From NCBI GenBank assembly GCA_965153355.1, contig OZ231126.1, positions 27,528,001-27,592,000 on the forward strand: 64,000 nt of DNA. Direction: 5' to 3'. Position numbers and translations under genes: made by a program. The notes beneath the pieces are model-generated. The model did not search any database. It was not told the origin of the DNA and saw only the letters and a list, made by a program, of their open reading frames with translations. The stretch comes from Flaccisagitta enflata (lineage: Eukaryota). Positions within the stretch are counted from its first letter, which is position 1; every line of letters starts with the position of its first letter. Shown here piece by piece: positions 35,214 to 49,300 of this stretch.

Positions 35214-38200
35214 TTTTTCTTTTTTTCTCTCTAGCCGTTTGTGACTCTCCAAGAGGGTGTGTCCCTTGTGAGGTAGCTCCATCTGAAAATTTGGATGACG
35301 CCAAATCGATAAAGGTTTTTTTTCGAGCGTTTCTGCCCCTAAACAGCTACAAAACAGCTCCCACACTCTCTCATACTGCCCCTGCCAACAAGCATTACTG
35401 CCCCTGTCGACCCGAAAAGCGACTACTCATTGGCCGCGCATCCGACCTTATCATTAATCATTTATGCGTCAATATTTTTTTTATGGATTTTAAAAATTCC
35501 AATGAAACAAAAATTGCAGCTAATTTTCTACGCGTTTTACTCCTAGTATGTGGGTTTGTCTTCTGCTCCTCAAGATTGATATTTCTGGGTTAATGGATAA
35601 ATTATCATTGTTAATGAGTTATGACTTGTCAACGTTTCGGACGAGATCTACACTTTATTGAATAAATGAAATGACATGAATGATTTTTACAAGTGGATAG
35701 ACCGTCTGAATGATTTAGTCAATGCATGATTGTAAATATGAATAAATGAATGAATGAATGAATGAATGAATGAATGAATGAATGAACGAATGAATTAAAT
35801 GATGGCAAATACAAAAGTACCTGTAATAATGTAATATCTGATACGGTTTTCATAGCTTTAGAAAACTATGACATGACGATAGATATGATTGAAGAATGGA
35901 TTCATAGATGAATCAATAGAATAATAAATGAATGAATAGAATTAGTGAACTAATGAACAAATGAATAAATAAATTAATTAATGAATAAACAAGTTATACA
36001 AATGATATTTCATTGTTAAAGAGCAAATAAAAGATACCAACACTTAACTTTAGTTTAAAAGAAAAAAAAAACCTTTAAAATTTCTATTTGTGCATGATTC
36101 CATGAATGATTAATAAATGAATTTATGGATAATAGACAAATAGTACTTTTATACTATGCTACATCCATAGTTTTAAAAATTGATAAAATAATGATAAATT
36201 ATAAATGAAATTTTTGAATTTCTTCCAACAGTTTATGCTTCCATATCAAATTAGCCTTTTTAACAATAAATAGCTAAAAATCAATATTTTGCATTAATTT
36301 TTTTTACAATGTAATAAGTATGCATTGCCTAATGGTAATTTGATATTGGTTACCTTCAAGTTAGTGTTCTATTTTTTGACATATATGAATGGGATCTGCA
36401 TGGCTGATCTTGCTCTGCGTCTTAAACTGTTTACCTTTCTATCACCTCTGGGTTTTGGACTGTCGGTCCAACCGTCTGTCCGTCCATCTGACTATCAGTC
36501 CATCCGTCTGTCCCTAATGCTCAAGTCGAAGGGTGGTCATAAAACAAAACAAAATTTCGTTCTAGTACGTACTCCAAAAGAAAGTGCAATTTTAACTTGG
36601 ACCAGTTTGACTGACTGTGACGTCGACGTATCGTTGTGCCGCTCAGGTTTGGAATTCATTCTCTTTTAAACTGTCGTCCCAATCTCTCTTTCGACCTCTC
36701 CTCCTCCCCCACCCCCTCTTCCTCTCAGGCGAATGGCGAGTATTATGCAGTTGAGGAGGACGCTGACGTTCTTCTCCGCCACTTAGGACGTGGAATCCTT
36801 AGCGACAACTGAAAGGCCGTAAATGTTATCGATCCGATCACTGAAAACTAACCATCCTGACGCTTGACGCGCGCATCGCACTTACTCCTTGCGTGACTGA
36901 AATTAGGCAAACGAGTCGATATGACATTGTTATATATAAACAAACATTTTGTAGTTCATATTTTCTTTCTTTTCCCGCGCGTCGATTCCATGAAGGAGCA
37001 AGGCCAACAGTGCTATGCCGGGTGGGGAGATAAGCGTGGTAAGTATACCACTCGCGAAATGGCGACCCACGAGAAATTTTTCAATCATAGGCAGATTTTT
37101 CTTAACGCGTGCTGCAAAGTTAATTATACCAGGGGATGTCGCGTAAAAAAATTGTCACAGATTCCGATTTTCGAAATTTGTAGGGCACCATTTTTTTGGG
37201 GGGGGGCATCCTAATTAAAAGTCAGCTCATACATTATGGGGTAGTTTTTGGGGTGCTAAATCAAATTTCAGCTTTCACTCAGTTAGGTCAGCTCAATTAT
37301 GAAGAATAAAGATGCTTTCTCCTTATCTGGCATGCGTTGGTCCCTAAGTCCGTGGAATTAATTTGGCATCTCGGCCCTTGCAATTGCAATTCTTTTTTGT
37401 CGTTTTCGTGGTTTTTAGCAGCAGTTGATTAAGTTGGTGATTACCCCTCTCCCTTGATCTGCAGCTGTGTTTAAAAGGTGGAACCTCCAGTCAGGTCAGA
37501 GAAGAGGTTACAGAAATGGGAGCAGTCTACCTAGGATTCCGTGACTTCGCCGACTAATAACTACAAATCGCGTTGGGACGTCTAAAATGCACTCTCGACT
37601 TATATATTTGTGTATTCACTCTCCATTGGAATGTTGGACATCCCATAATGATTTTATTCACAGGCGTTAGTGGAAATTCTAGGGCTTTGTCATTGACTGG
37701 TGGATCGGTTGGAGCGTTGTGACTGTGAGTGTGACTTAACACTGGCACGTGAAATGGTTTCCGGAAATACGCAGGCCTAATATCCTACGTATCCTAATAT
37801 AGGAAATGGAAAGAATTTCGTGGTTCATTCAAGAAAAGCATGTAAGAAGTTTTCTATCAATGTCCTTCAAGTCACTCAAATTGAGGTCGTTTGTTACGCT
37901 GGAAACGGATGTTTTGCTCTCGGGACAAACTTCAGCCAACGTCTCTTCCAGACCGAAATCGATAACAATGGGCGTGGTATTCGACGTGGCGTGCACGCCC
38001 AAAGTTATGCCGGCTATCACGAAACGAATTCCGCATGTAGCAGTTGATCGCCTGATTGTGTTCTTAGTCACGGACTCTGTCCGTCGGTCCGTTCATCCGT
38101 CGGTCCGTTGGTCCATCCTTAACGCAAGAGTCGATAAGTGAGGAAATGCGCCTCTCTGGCCCATCTGTCCGCGACTTTTTTTAACCCCGGTGAAGAAGTA

Positions 38201-40323
38201 AGTTTCTGGAAAACTGTGAACATTAAGCCGCCTAGTTGGGGGAGTGATCCGTCGGTCTATATTTTTGCTGAAAACTACTCAGTAGCCTGTAACTCCGTTG
38301 GGTCATCTCTTCGGTTATATGTGGCTGAGTGGGGCGCCCGACGTCGAACAGTCAATGTCATCGCGAGGTTCACTGCAGCTTTCATGCTTCAGGGTACCGC
38401 TTGATGTGCTCTCACTCACACTCGAGTTAGCTCTAGCCCGTTGTCATCGCATGGGTTTTCCTCTCCCTTCACTTGCTCTTTTATTTTTGTGCGGCTTTTC
38501 ATGATTTGTTTTCTTTTTTTTCGCTTCGCCTTCTTGATTCAATGTTTGGACGCGCGTTCACGCTCGAGCGCCATCTCTCGCACTCGCTCCCAAATGGCGC
38601 TCACGTTGACCATTTTCTGCCCGCCCCCCTTTTTTCCCCACTTCCATTTCATTGACGAGGCGTAAACGTCTATACCATGAGGCGTCCGATGGTTGTTTTT
38701 TTAACGGAAATCAGAATAGTTTACAATGTTTTTTTTTTTACTTGCGCTGAGCCATTTCTACATTAGTTAGCGTCTGTCTTTCGGTCTGTCATGCTTAACA
38801 TACCGGCGCGGCAGATAGAAGGCACATTCGACCTTTTTCATATCAAAAAGGAAAAATCACAGCACCATCGCGCGTCTCTAGTGAGAATTCAAATCGTATT
38901 ACTATTCGCTTGTAAGTAGACCTTTGGATACCTATTCATTTTTCGTGAGGTTTTTGTGGCGCGTGTTTGGAGAAAATCAGGTTTTGATTATAACCAATTT
39001 TTGGCCATCATCATTTTGGCGAAGAAAAATGTACGTATCATTATATTGTATTTTCTAGCAATATTTTTTATTGAATCTGATGCGATGTTGACTATAACAT
39101 ATCGCGTGGGGGCTTCTTCGGGGCCTGCTTTTTTCAACGCTTTTCTTGAGAGGGGGAAAGAGGGCAAATGGATATATTGGGTTAATTCTATTTAAAGTTA
39201 GGTACAAAGTTTCATTTTCTCCAATGGTTTGGCTCTGCGCGAATATGGTATCTGTATCTATTGTGTGAAGATGATTTCTGTAATCAGGATATTGGTATAA
39301 TTGTATAGAGGTTCAAACGGGAGTGTCGTACGAGTCTTTTGGCGATGTGTATTATTTGACTCATTATTATACCAATATTTCCTAACGAACTAATGAAACC
39401 TTATTATGCCACTAGCTATCACACACATAAACTAGGTTATTTTACTTCTGTGTCAGTTTGCTAGAAGTGGTCCTTAAGAATCAATTTCAATGACCGAGAT
39501 TACCAATAATTCTGATTTTAATGAGTTCATTGATGCCGGTAATTGGAACTTGAGATCGATGAAATCTTGTCACTACAACTAGCAGAAGCAATTTGGAAGA
39601 GTAAATGGATAGATAAGCTTTGCAAAAGCGCATCTTCAGTGAGGAGACTCAGATTATACCGGAGAAAAATACATTGGATTGTTTGGAATTCTACGCTCTC
39701 ACGTGGATGCACTGAACTGAAGCCTGACTGCGTGTGACATGTTATTAACCAGAAAAATGAAATACATGTCAGAGAAATTTTGCACTTACGAAATGACAGA
39801 AAAACGAAGATTCGGGTCAGCCAAATAAAAGAAAAAGAGATACATGGAAGACTGAGAAGAAAATATTGTCAAACGTTAAAGGAGATATTTAGTTTACGCA
39901 AAAAGTGTCTTGAAGATCAAAACCCAGTCAGCTGCCTTAATCATAGTAAGGCTTCCTTCTTGCTCTTAGTAATACAAAGCGTTCGAGCGTGCCATCATTG
40001 CTTGTAGTTGGAGGCACCCAGCTGATTTTGTAATCAGCCAACTTATTTTACTATCAGCAAGTAAGGAAAAATTGAATGATGAAACGCCGGTAATGCTAAA
40101 ATTGGAAAGAAAACTACAGTATAGTTCTATAAAAAAAGGGGGAAAGAACAAGGAAATTTGGATAGTAGGTTTTTGAAAAAAAAAAGAAATAGACACAGGA
40201 AACAAAAGATCCATTCGTTTTTATCACAGTTGAAGCTTCAAATACAGCAATGGATAGTGAAATCTACTACCAGTTGAGGTTTGACGTAACTGCTCTCGCT
40301 AACACACGATTTGCGCTTCAATT

Positions 40324-43300
40324 CTAATAGCTAATCCCGCCTCTCTCTCGGAAGAATCCCAGGAGACTTTGGTTATGTACCACTTGGGCCACTCCCACAA
40401 AAGACTCGCACACGATGGGTTGTTCCATGATGAGACATTGTTTGGTGGGCGCCGGTGGATGACTTTGCGCGCTCGGCGTCGCGGGGTCCATGACGGGATC
40501 GAGGTTGACCGGGGATAGGGTCAACTCCTCCGCGACCACCGTTGCGTTGCCGTTTTCATTGTTGACCGCAGGCGGAAGTGGCGATGGTCGCGCCGCCCAG
40601 GCGTTGGACAAACCGTTGATGGTCGGCACCAACTTTTGAATGAAGTCGTCGGCGCTGAAGACAATCCGGGACTCGATCGCGCAGCTGACGGAAGAAATGC
40701 ATTACTTGTTGGTTTTTGGGATAAAGGAATGAGATTCTGATACCATCGATAGTTTTCAATCAGTTTTTTGGACCGCTAAAATATGTTTTAGTATCCCGAC
40801 TTGACTTACGATTGGTCGTAGTATAGTGGATGTGAAGCAGCTGTGAGAAATGGTATGTCTTTGCTCCAGGGGTTCCACTTGATCTTCTTTGTCATCGGGT
40901 TGGATAGATCCCAGGACAACCGGACTCCACCGTATTTCCTTGAAACAATAGTATAAATTGGGTTTTAGTTGCGGACACGCAACTCTATACGAGGCTTTGT
41001 CGGTCGGCAATGATCGAGTCGATAAATGGAAAATCGAGCGTTTCAGATACTTTTTGTGTGTGTTTGTGTCTGGGGTGGGAGTTTTGTGTCTGGATTTGGG
41101 TTAGATGTCCCTGCCCGCCTGTCTGCAACAATATTGTGACCCCGCGTCACTTGTTAATCAGATGCTTGACTCCAGCAGAGGGTGATGGTTGTTAAATAAC
41201 CATGGCGAAGGTACCACACATACTTATTATCACCTTTGCGGCATAAGCGACCGAGGAGGTCGAGAAAATGGTCCCATGGTGACTTTCTCAACCGATGCCA
41301 AGAATATTTTTCTGAATTCGACAACGCGTCGCGTGATGAAGTCGACTTTGAACACGACCAATGCAACTGAAAAAAAAACAAGTCTTCCCCCTTTTATGAT
41401 ATGCAATTGGCCATCCTGATTAACGACTGTGTTTGCAACAAGGTTGGATGCGGTATGGAACTGAAGTCCATCAAATTGAATGAAACTGAAAGGCTCAAAT
41501 TGAATAATAGGCTCAAATTATTTCTTGCCTAGTTCAGCTTTGTACTTTGATCACTCACACTCTGTCAAGATGAAAATTCTTTCTTTTTCGACGTCCCAGT
41601 GATCGATTTCTGTCAAGAGCCAGGCTCCTTTCGTTTTGCCATCGCTTTCCTTCAAGTGCATCGAACAAACGCCCACGCTCTCCTCAAGGGCTCCTGGTTT
41701 TCTGTAAGAAAGTGTGAGGTTGTGACCTATCATGTTTTTAGAGGATGGCATGAAAAACCATTTGCTGACTAGATGACATAACAGTTAAATCGCCGTAAAA
41801 AAAGTGCGGGCTTCTAGAGTCGTTTACTGTGAACTGAACGCAGAAGGGGAATCGACAGAGCTAATTCAAAAAACTTTTTGTCCTCGACGATCAGTTTACG
41901 TCGAGGACTATAACATAGCACTGATCGTGTAGTGAGTCGTTGTTGTGTGTTGTTTGTTGTCGTGTCAACCCTTAAAAACTTGGGAACCAGTACTCAGATG
42001 TTGATGAAACTTGGTCAGTGTTATTTTTACAGCATTACTATCCTGTGTACCAACTTTCAACAACATTCATAAATATTTAATACCCTTTGCCTATTATTTT
42101 TGTAGTAATATTATTCCTGGACTTGTGCAATTTACATAGGGGAAGGGTAGCAAAGGTTCACCAATGTTGTTCAAACTTGTTGTGAAGGTTACTTGCATCA
42201 ATTTAAGCTCCCCTGCAAGATTTCAGATAAATCTGAGTATTGGTTTAGAAGATATTAGGGTATTTAGCTAGTAGCATTAATTCCTGGACTTGTGTATTTT
42301 ACATAGGGGAAGGGTAGTAAAGGTTTACCAATGTTGTTCAAACTTGTTGTGAAGGTTCATTGTATCAATTAAAGCTCCCCCTGCAAGATTTCATTAAATT
42401 CTGAGTATTGGTTAAGAAAATATAAGGGTATCTATGTTGTATCTAGTGACATTATTTCCTGGATTTTTTTTTTTTTTGAAAAATTTTTTTCTTTTGAAAT
42501 TTTTTTTTTTTTTTTTGAAATTCTTTTTTTTTTTTAAATTTTTGAAAATTTTTTTGAAATTTTTTTGAAAATTTTTTTGAAATTTTTTTGAAAATTTTTT
42601 TGTTGTTTTTTTTTTTTTGAAATTTTTTTGAAAAAAATTTTTTTTGAAAATTTTTTTTTGAAATTTTTTTTTTTTTATAAATTTTTTTTATGAATTTTTT
42701 TTTATTGAAAAATTTTCTAGTTATTATCTTTATTGTTGTACTTCAAGGTATGCCCTCATGGACTTCAAGGTATGCCCTCATGGACTTCAAGGTATGCCCT
42801 CATGGACTTCAAGGTATGCCCTCATGGACTTCAAGGTATGCCCTCATGGACTTCAAGGTATGCCCTCATGGACTTCAAGGTATGCCATCATGGACTTCAA
42901 GGTATGCCATCATGGACTTCAAGGTATGCCATCATGGACTTCAAGGTATGCCATCATGGACTTCAAGGTATGCCATCATCGACTTCAAGGTATGCCATCA
43001 TCGACTTCAAGGTATGCCATCATCGACTTCAAGGTATGCCATCATCGACTTCAAGGTATGCCATCATCGACTTCAAGGTATGCCATCATCGACTTCAAGG
43101 TATGCCATCATCGACTTCAAGGTATGCCATCATCGACTTCAAGGTATGCCATCAGGTATGCCATCATCGACTTCAAGGTATGCCATCATCGACTTCAAGG
43201 TATCATATCATATCATATCATATCAAATTTCTAGGTGATTATGGGTTGGTTTTGTAGGTACTAGGCATTAAAATCATATACATAAATCTATTATTCCTCT

Positions 43301-46300
43301 CATACCATCATGGACTTAAAGGTACACCATGTCACAAGAGCAGGGTCACCTAGTAAAGCTTATTTATATTGAAAGGCCAGTTAACATAGAAAAGCTGGGT
43401 GAGACTGAGTAGCTGGGTGAGACGGAGTAGCTGGGTGAGACGGAGTAGCTGGGTGAGACGGAGTAGCTGGGTGAGACGGAGTAGCTGGGTGAGACGGAGT
43501 AGCTGGGTGAGATGGAGTAGCTGGGTGAGACGGAGTAGCTGGGTGAGACGGAGTAGCCGGGTGAGACGGAGTAGCCGGGTGAGACGGAGTAGCCGGGTGA
43601 GACGGAGTAGCCGGGTGAGACGGAGTAGCCGGGTGAGACGGAGTAGCCGGGTGAGACGGAGTAGCCGGGTGAGACGGAGTAGCCGGGTGAGACGGAGTAG
43701 CCGGGTGAGACGGAGTAGCCGGGTGAGACGGAGTAGCCGGGTGAGACGGAGTAGCCGGGTGAGACGGAGTAGCCGGGTGAGACGGAGTAGCCGGGTGAGA
43801 CGGAGTAGCCGGGTGAGACGGAGTAGCCGGGTGAGACGGAGTAGCCGGGTGAGACGGAGTAGCCGGGTGAGACGGAGTAGCCGGGTGAGACGGAGTAGCC
43901 GGGTGAGACGGAGTAGCCGGGTGAGACGGAGTAGCCGGGTGAGACGGAGTAGCCGGGTGAGACGGAGTAGCCGGGTGAGACGGAGTAGCCGGGTGAGACG
44001 GAGTAGCCGGGTGAGACCTCAAATAGACTACAGTCGAGGACTGTTGTTTTTAAGCTTTTTTTTATTATTGCCAAGATAGAAGAGTGGAACGAAAAACAAT
44101 CGCTAGCTCCAAGCTATTTTATCTTAACTTCATATAACTGGAAAGATTATGATAAGTAGCTTGATATTTCCCCACGGAAGCAGCTATCCTCTTATATCAG
44201 TTCGTCCTGAACTCTTTTTTTATGCAATCACAGCCAAAGTAATTACCTGATCGCCATTCAACTTACCCAGGATTTGTCCAGGGGTTGGATGGTTGTTCGT
44301 GCAAAATTTCATAAAATTTCATAAAATATTTTTATAAATACGCTAATTTGAAATTTTTGGGTGGGTAGGCAGGTTTGGGTGGTTGCGCTATCTGAAATTT
44401 CCTGAAACTTCACACATCAGTACACAAGGTCATATGATGTTACCATAAAAAAATCAAGTCAATTGGTCAATCCGTTCATGAGATATCAGCTTTCAAAGTT
44501 TGGGTAAAAAATGTCACGACGATTTCCAAAAAAAAAGTCAATCAGTTTCGTTCACAGATTCGGCGTGTTCTGGCGTGTTTCACAGCGCAATCTGTAGTAC
44601 AAAAAAGTGACATTAATGCCCCGGGCAAAAGCCCCAATGTCCCCGGTAAAAAAAAGTTAGTTTGAATATGCCCGGTTCTATGCCCCGTTAAAAGTTAGTG
44701 AAAAAAATGATTCAGGGACTAAACGGGGACTTCACAGGGCATAGGCCCCATTTAGTTTAGTTTTGTTTAATCAAAAATACTTTGTCAAAAATCAGTAAAC
44801 CCTTTTTTCAGTGGCTTTCTTCAGGTCGATTTCTATCGTGAAAATCTTCAGGGACTAAATGAGGACTTAACGGGGCATATGCCCCATTTAGTTTAGAAAT
44901 GAAGAAAATAAGTTAGTCTAATTTGGGGATTCCCCGGGGAATTCCCCCAGGATCAAACTCTGATATTTTTACACTATGCCCAGTTCACTTATCAATAATT
45001 GTAATGAGGGAATTCCCAGGGAATTCCCCGGGGCATTAATGTCACTACAGATTGTGCTGTGTGGTTCATGCTTAAGCACGCATGAGCACTCATGAAATCA
45101 TAAACTATGTTTTTAGTCGCGGACACGCAACTCTATAGGAGCCTTTGTCCGTCCGCCGGTCCATCCGTGAACAGGGGTCAAAAAAGGGTGAAAACGCACA
45201 TTTCTGCCCCTGCCCACCCGTCTACAACTGGTACACTTTTTATTTTTTATAAGAACCTAGTTTACAAGAACATCAAGCCTTGAAATCGCTTAAAAATTAA
45301 AAACATTGTAGTTTTTTTATTAGTAGCTCACACATCTCTGGATACCCCCCCAAAGAGAATCGAAAATACCATTTTTTCTGACTGTGCTATTTGTCTTCAG
45401 GAACATGTGGGCTACTGAAAAAAACAAAAAACAAAAAAATTCTTCTGAAATTTTTTAATTTATTTCACTTTTTAGGGAAAAAAAGGGCATTTTTAACACT
45501 TTTTAAGCATAAAATTGTTCATGCAGCTTAGAAAATCCGAAGAAAATACTGGAAACGTATGGCAATAGATAGAATATACACGTTTTTACCCTTCGTAAAC
45601 AGTTTTTCTAGGTATCATACAGATTAGAGCTTAAAAATGGCCTAAAAATGACGAAATATGGCTTTTTTCCATAATTTTCAGTCTAAATTTTTTTTACAGC
45701 ATTTTAACTCCCGAAAAATCCTGGAAAAGTGAAGTAGTAGTCTGAGCTTAACTACTTTTACCCTGAACAATCAGTAAATTTTGATTTTTTTAGAAAGTTA
45801 AAAAATTTAAAAAATAGCAAAATATTGTGTTTTAAGCATCTTAAAGCAAATAATTATTTATGCACTTTTATAAATAAAAAAATACTGAAATGTGTGGCAA
45901 TAGATAGAATATACATTTTTATTTTTTTTTAGACATCTTAAAGATTAAAGTTTAAAAATAGCGTAAAAATAGTAAAATATGTTTTTTTTCAGCATTTTTA
46001 AGTCTCAAATTTTTTAATAAAGCATTTCAACTCCCAAAAATGCTAGAAATGTGTAGTAGTAGTCTGAGTTTAACTTAAAAAAAAAAAAATTGATATTCTT
46101 AAACTAAAAGATTGTTCATGAATTTCCAAAAATTTATAACACTGCATAAACAATCTTTTACTTGAAAATGCTTAAAAAAACAATATTTTGCTCTTTAAAA
46201 GCCATTTTTAATATAAAAAAGTATTTAAATTCATACTACTACTACATATTTCTAGGATTTTTGGGAGTTGAAATTTTGTATTAAAAAATTTGAGACTTAA

Positions 46301-49300
46301 AAATGCTGAAAAAAACCATATTTCAGTATTTTTACGCCATTTTTAAACTTTAATCTTTAAGATGTCTAAAAAAACTTTTTGTGAAAGGTAAAAACATGTA
46401 TATTCTATCTATTGCCACACATTTCCAGTATTTTTTTTTTATTTATAAAAGTGCACGAATAATTATTTACTTTGAGATGCCTAAAAACACAATATTTTGC
46501 TATTTTTTAACTCTAAACCTAAAAAAATCAAAATTTTCTGATTGTTCAAGGTAAAAGTAGTTAAGCTCAGACTACTACTACACTTTTCTAGGATTTTTCG
46601 GGAGTTAAAATGCTGTAAAAACAAATTTAGACTGAAAAATACTGAAAAAAAACATATTTTGTCATTTTTAGGCCATTTTTAAGCTCTAATCTGTATGATA
46701 CCTAAAAAAACTGTTTATGAAGGGTAAAAACGTGTATATTCTATCTATTGCCATACATTTCCAGTATTTTTTTGGATTTTCTAAGCTGCATAAACAATTT
46801 TATGCTTAAAAAGTGCTAAAAATGCCCTTTTTTTACCTAAAAAGTGAAATAAATGAAAAAATTTCAGAAGAATTTTTTTGTTTTTTGTTTTTTTCAGTAG
46901 CCCACATGTTCCTGAAGACAAATAGCACAGTCAGAAAAAATGGTATTTTCGATTCTCTTTGGGGGGGTATCCAGAGATGTGTGAGCTATCTTTTTCTCTT
47001 TTAAAGGCTTCAGAAAAAAATGATGTTCTTATAAAAAATAAAAAAGTGTATTGGCCGTGTATCATACGTAGGATGATTCTTACTAGATAAACCTGAACAT
47101 TCAGATTCAAATGATGAATTCACTTAATAACGGTAACACATTTTAGCAACCGGGTTTGTTTTGATCCTGAGCCAGGAAAACAATTACCATTCGACTGAGA
47201 TGTAGAGCGGCTATGGTCTGGCGCAATGTTGATTTAAGTTCTTTTTAAGAAGAAGTGAAGAGAGGGCGCTTTACTCTTTAAAGACTGATTTACTCCTGCT
47301 CCTTGCATTGCATTGGTTGAGATTTTAACGACACTAATAATTCTCGAGTACCTAACTTGTTAGCACTAAAAAGAGAAAAATAAGGCTTTTACTTCTTTGG
47401 AAACTGTAATTGTAAACTTTTAAGTCAGGTCATCCTATACAATGGATACATCAATCATTACTGCAACAGAGCTTTCACAACTGCGTCGGTCAAATTATGC
47501 CTGATCCACTTGTCACAAGACCAATTAAAGCGTGGGGAATCAGCTCAGTCCGTCAAAAATTTTCTCTAGTCAAGATGTGGGGCGCTACCGTTACATATCT
47601 CCGGTCAAAAGGCCATATGAGCTTAAAATTTAAAAATGGGAAATTTGAAAATCTGATTGCAGATTCAGGATCCTTGCAAAAGAACTGTTAAAAGAATGTG
47701 TCCTTCTTTTTTTGATATTCCATCTGGAACTTAGTCAAGATTATCGCCAAATATTAAAATTTTAAGCAAAAGAGCAATTTTAACCCGAATATTACTTTTG
47801 ACATAGGATTAGGCCATGATCTAGTTGGAATATCAAAAAAAGAAAGACACTTTTTTCTCATACTTTTTTTGCAAGGATTCCAAATCTGCAATCAGATTTT
47901 CAAATTTCCCATTTTAAAATTTTGACCTCACATGGCCTCTTGACCTGAGTGGTAGCGTCCCAAATATTGACCAGAGAAAATATTTAACGGACGAGGCTGA
48001 TTCCCCACCCTTTAATTGGTCTTGTGACATGTGGATCAAATTGGATCATGCTTTTTATACATTTCTGGACCCTGTCAGCCCTAATACCATAATCTCAATT
48101 TTCTGCTCATGCGCAGGAAGTCTTTATTGTTTCGCTTCCGGTTTCAACAAGCTCAGTTTCTGCGTTTCCGGTGTTTCTGCGTGAGAGTATAAAGACGATA
48201 TAAACAATTCCAGTTGTTAGCGCCACGAATGACAGATAAAAGAAAGTCTGTCGACCCCCAATTTCATTCTGGATGTAGCCGCCGATAAGCGTTCCTGTTC
48301 CTCGCCCCAAGTTGTAGTAAAGTGCACCCACGATTCCCTGAAAGTTTAAAGAAAAATGGATAAGGAAGAAAGATTCAATGTCACTATTCCGTCGATTCTG
48401 AAAAGATGTGGGCGGGATTTTACCACATATTCCTCGTAGGGATGGTCTCAGGCTCGTAGCTATCCATTTGGTGCGTTACCTGAAGCGTTGCCGACATCCC
48501 CGAAGGCGCGATTGCGTTAGCCGTAGAGGCTGAAGCTGCCCACATTAAGCCGAAAGTGACTCCATGCGCCAAATCAATTGGGCAAGTGATCCAAGGGGAT
48601 GAAACCCACACCGTGAAAAAGCGGTAGGCGAGAAAGCGCATGAAAAACACCGCATGCACCACAAGGAGTGCAGTTTCCTTGGAAGTACAAAGTAGAATGT
48701 CAAGTTTGTTTACCGGCTGCACTCAACTCTTTGGTTCGCACTTTATGGGAGTCTGTCAAAGTTTCCTGTTTGGTCAAGTTACCTGCTTGAAGATGTTGAG
48801 TATTCTTCCACTTATCAACATAATGACCATCTCAGATAAAGTACCAATTGCCATCGTCACTCCAATTTGTGATTGACTTGACAGCACTTCCTCCTCCAAG
48901 AACAGTTGATAAAATGACTCGTGGTATCCACCCCTGAACGTTAGGACCTTATCAGTTCAGCAGCGTTAGTGTAGTGTGCTATATTTACTTTCTCAGGGAT
49001 TTGGCAAATAATTACACCTTGAGCAGCCTACAGAGCATTCTTTATGTACAATTCACTTACAGGACACCGAATATGAAGATGTTTAAGACGAAGAACCAGA
49101 ATTGCAGACTGCGCAAAATTTTCAAGAGTTCGCGCCTTGTGTCATTTCTGTTGCCGGATTTTTTGGATGACACCTATAATTAAAATGATCTCAAGACATT
49201 TACCCATTCAGTTACACATGTTCAACAGTTCACAGTAGGGCGAAAAAACACTTCAGCCTAAACTGCCAGTAGGTCGAATTGATCAAGTAAGATGGTCAAG

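Noticed and set aside
37300-38400. Short ORFs and splice-like sites on both strands suggesting another nested gene
   Set aside because: I could not chain them into a phase-consistent CDS or recognise a domain; more likely UTR or non-coding sequence.
42690-44079. Repeat ORFs (LQGMPSWTSRY.., SPGYSV.. resembling a Pol II CTD) and CRISPR-like periodicity
   Set aside because: Pure tandem repeats with no unique spacers and no cas genes; eukaryotic intronic context; open in multiple frames.
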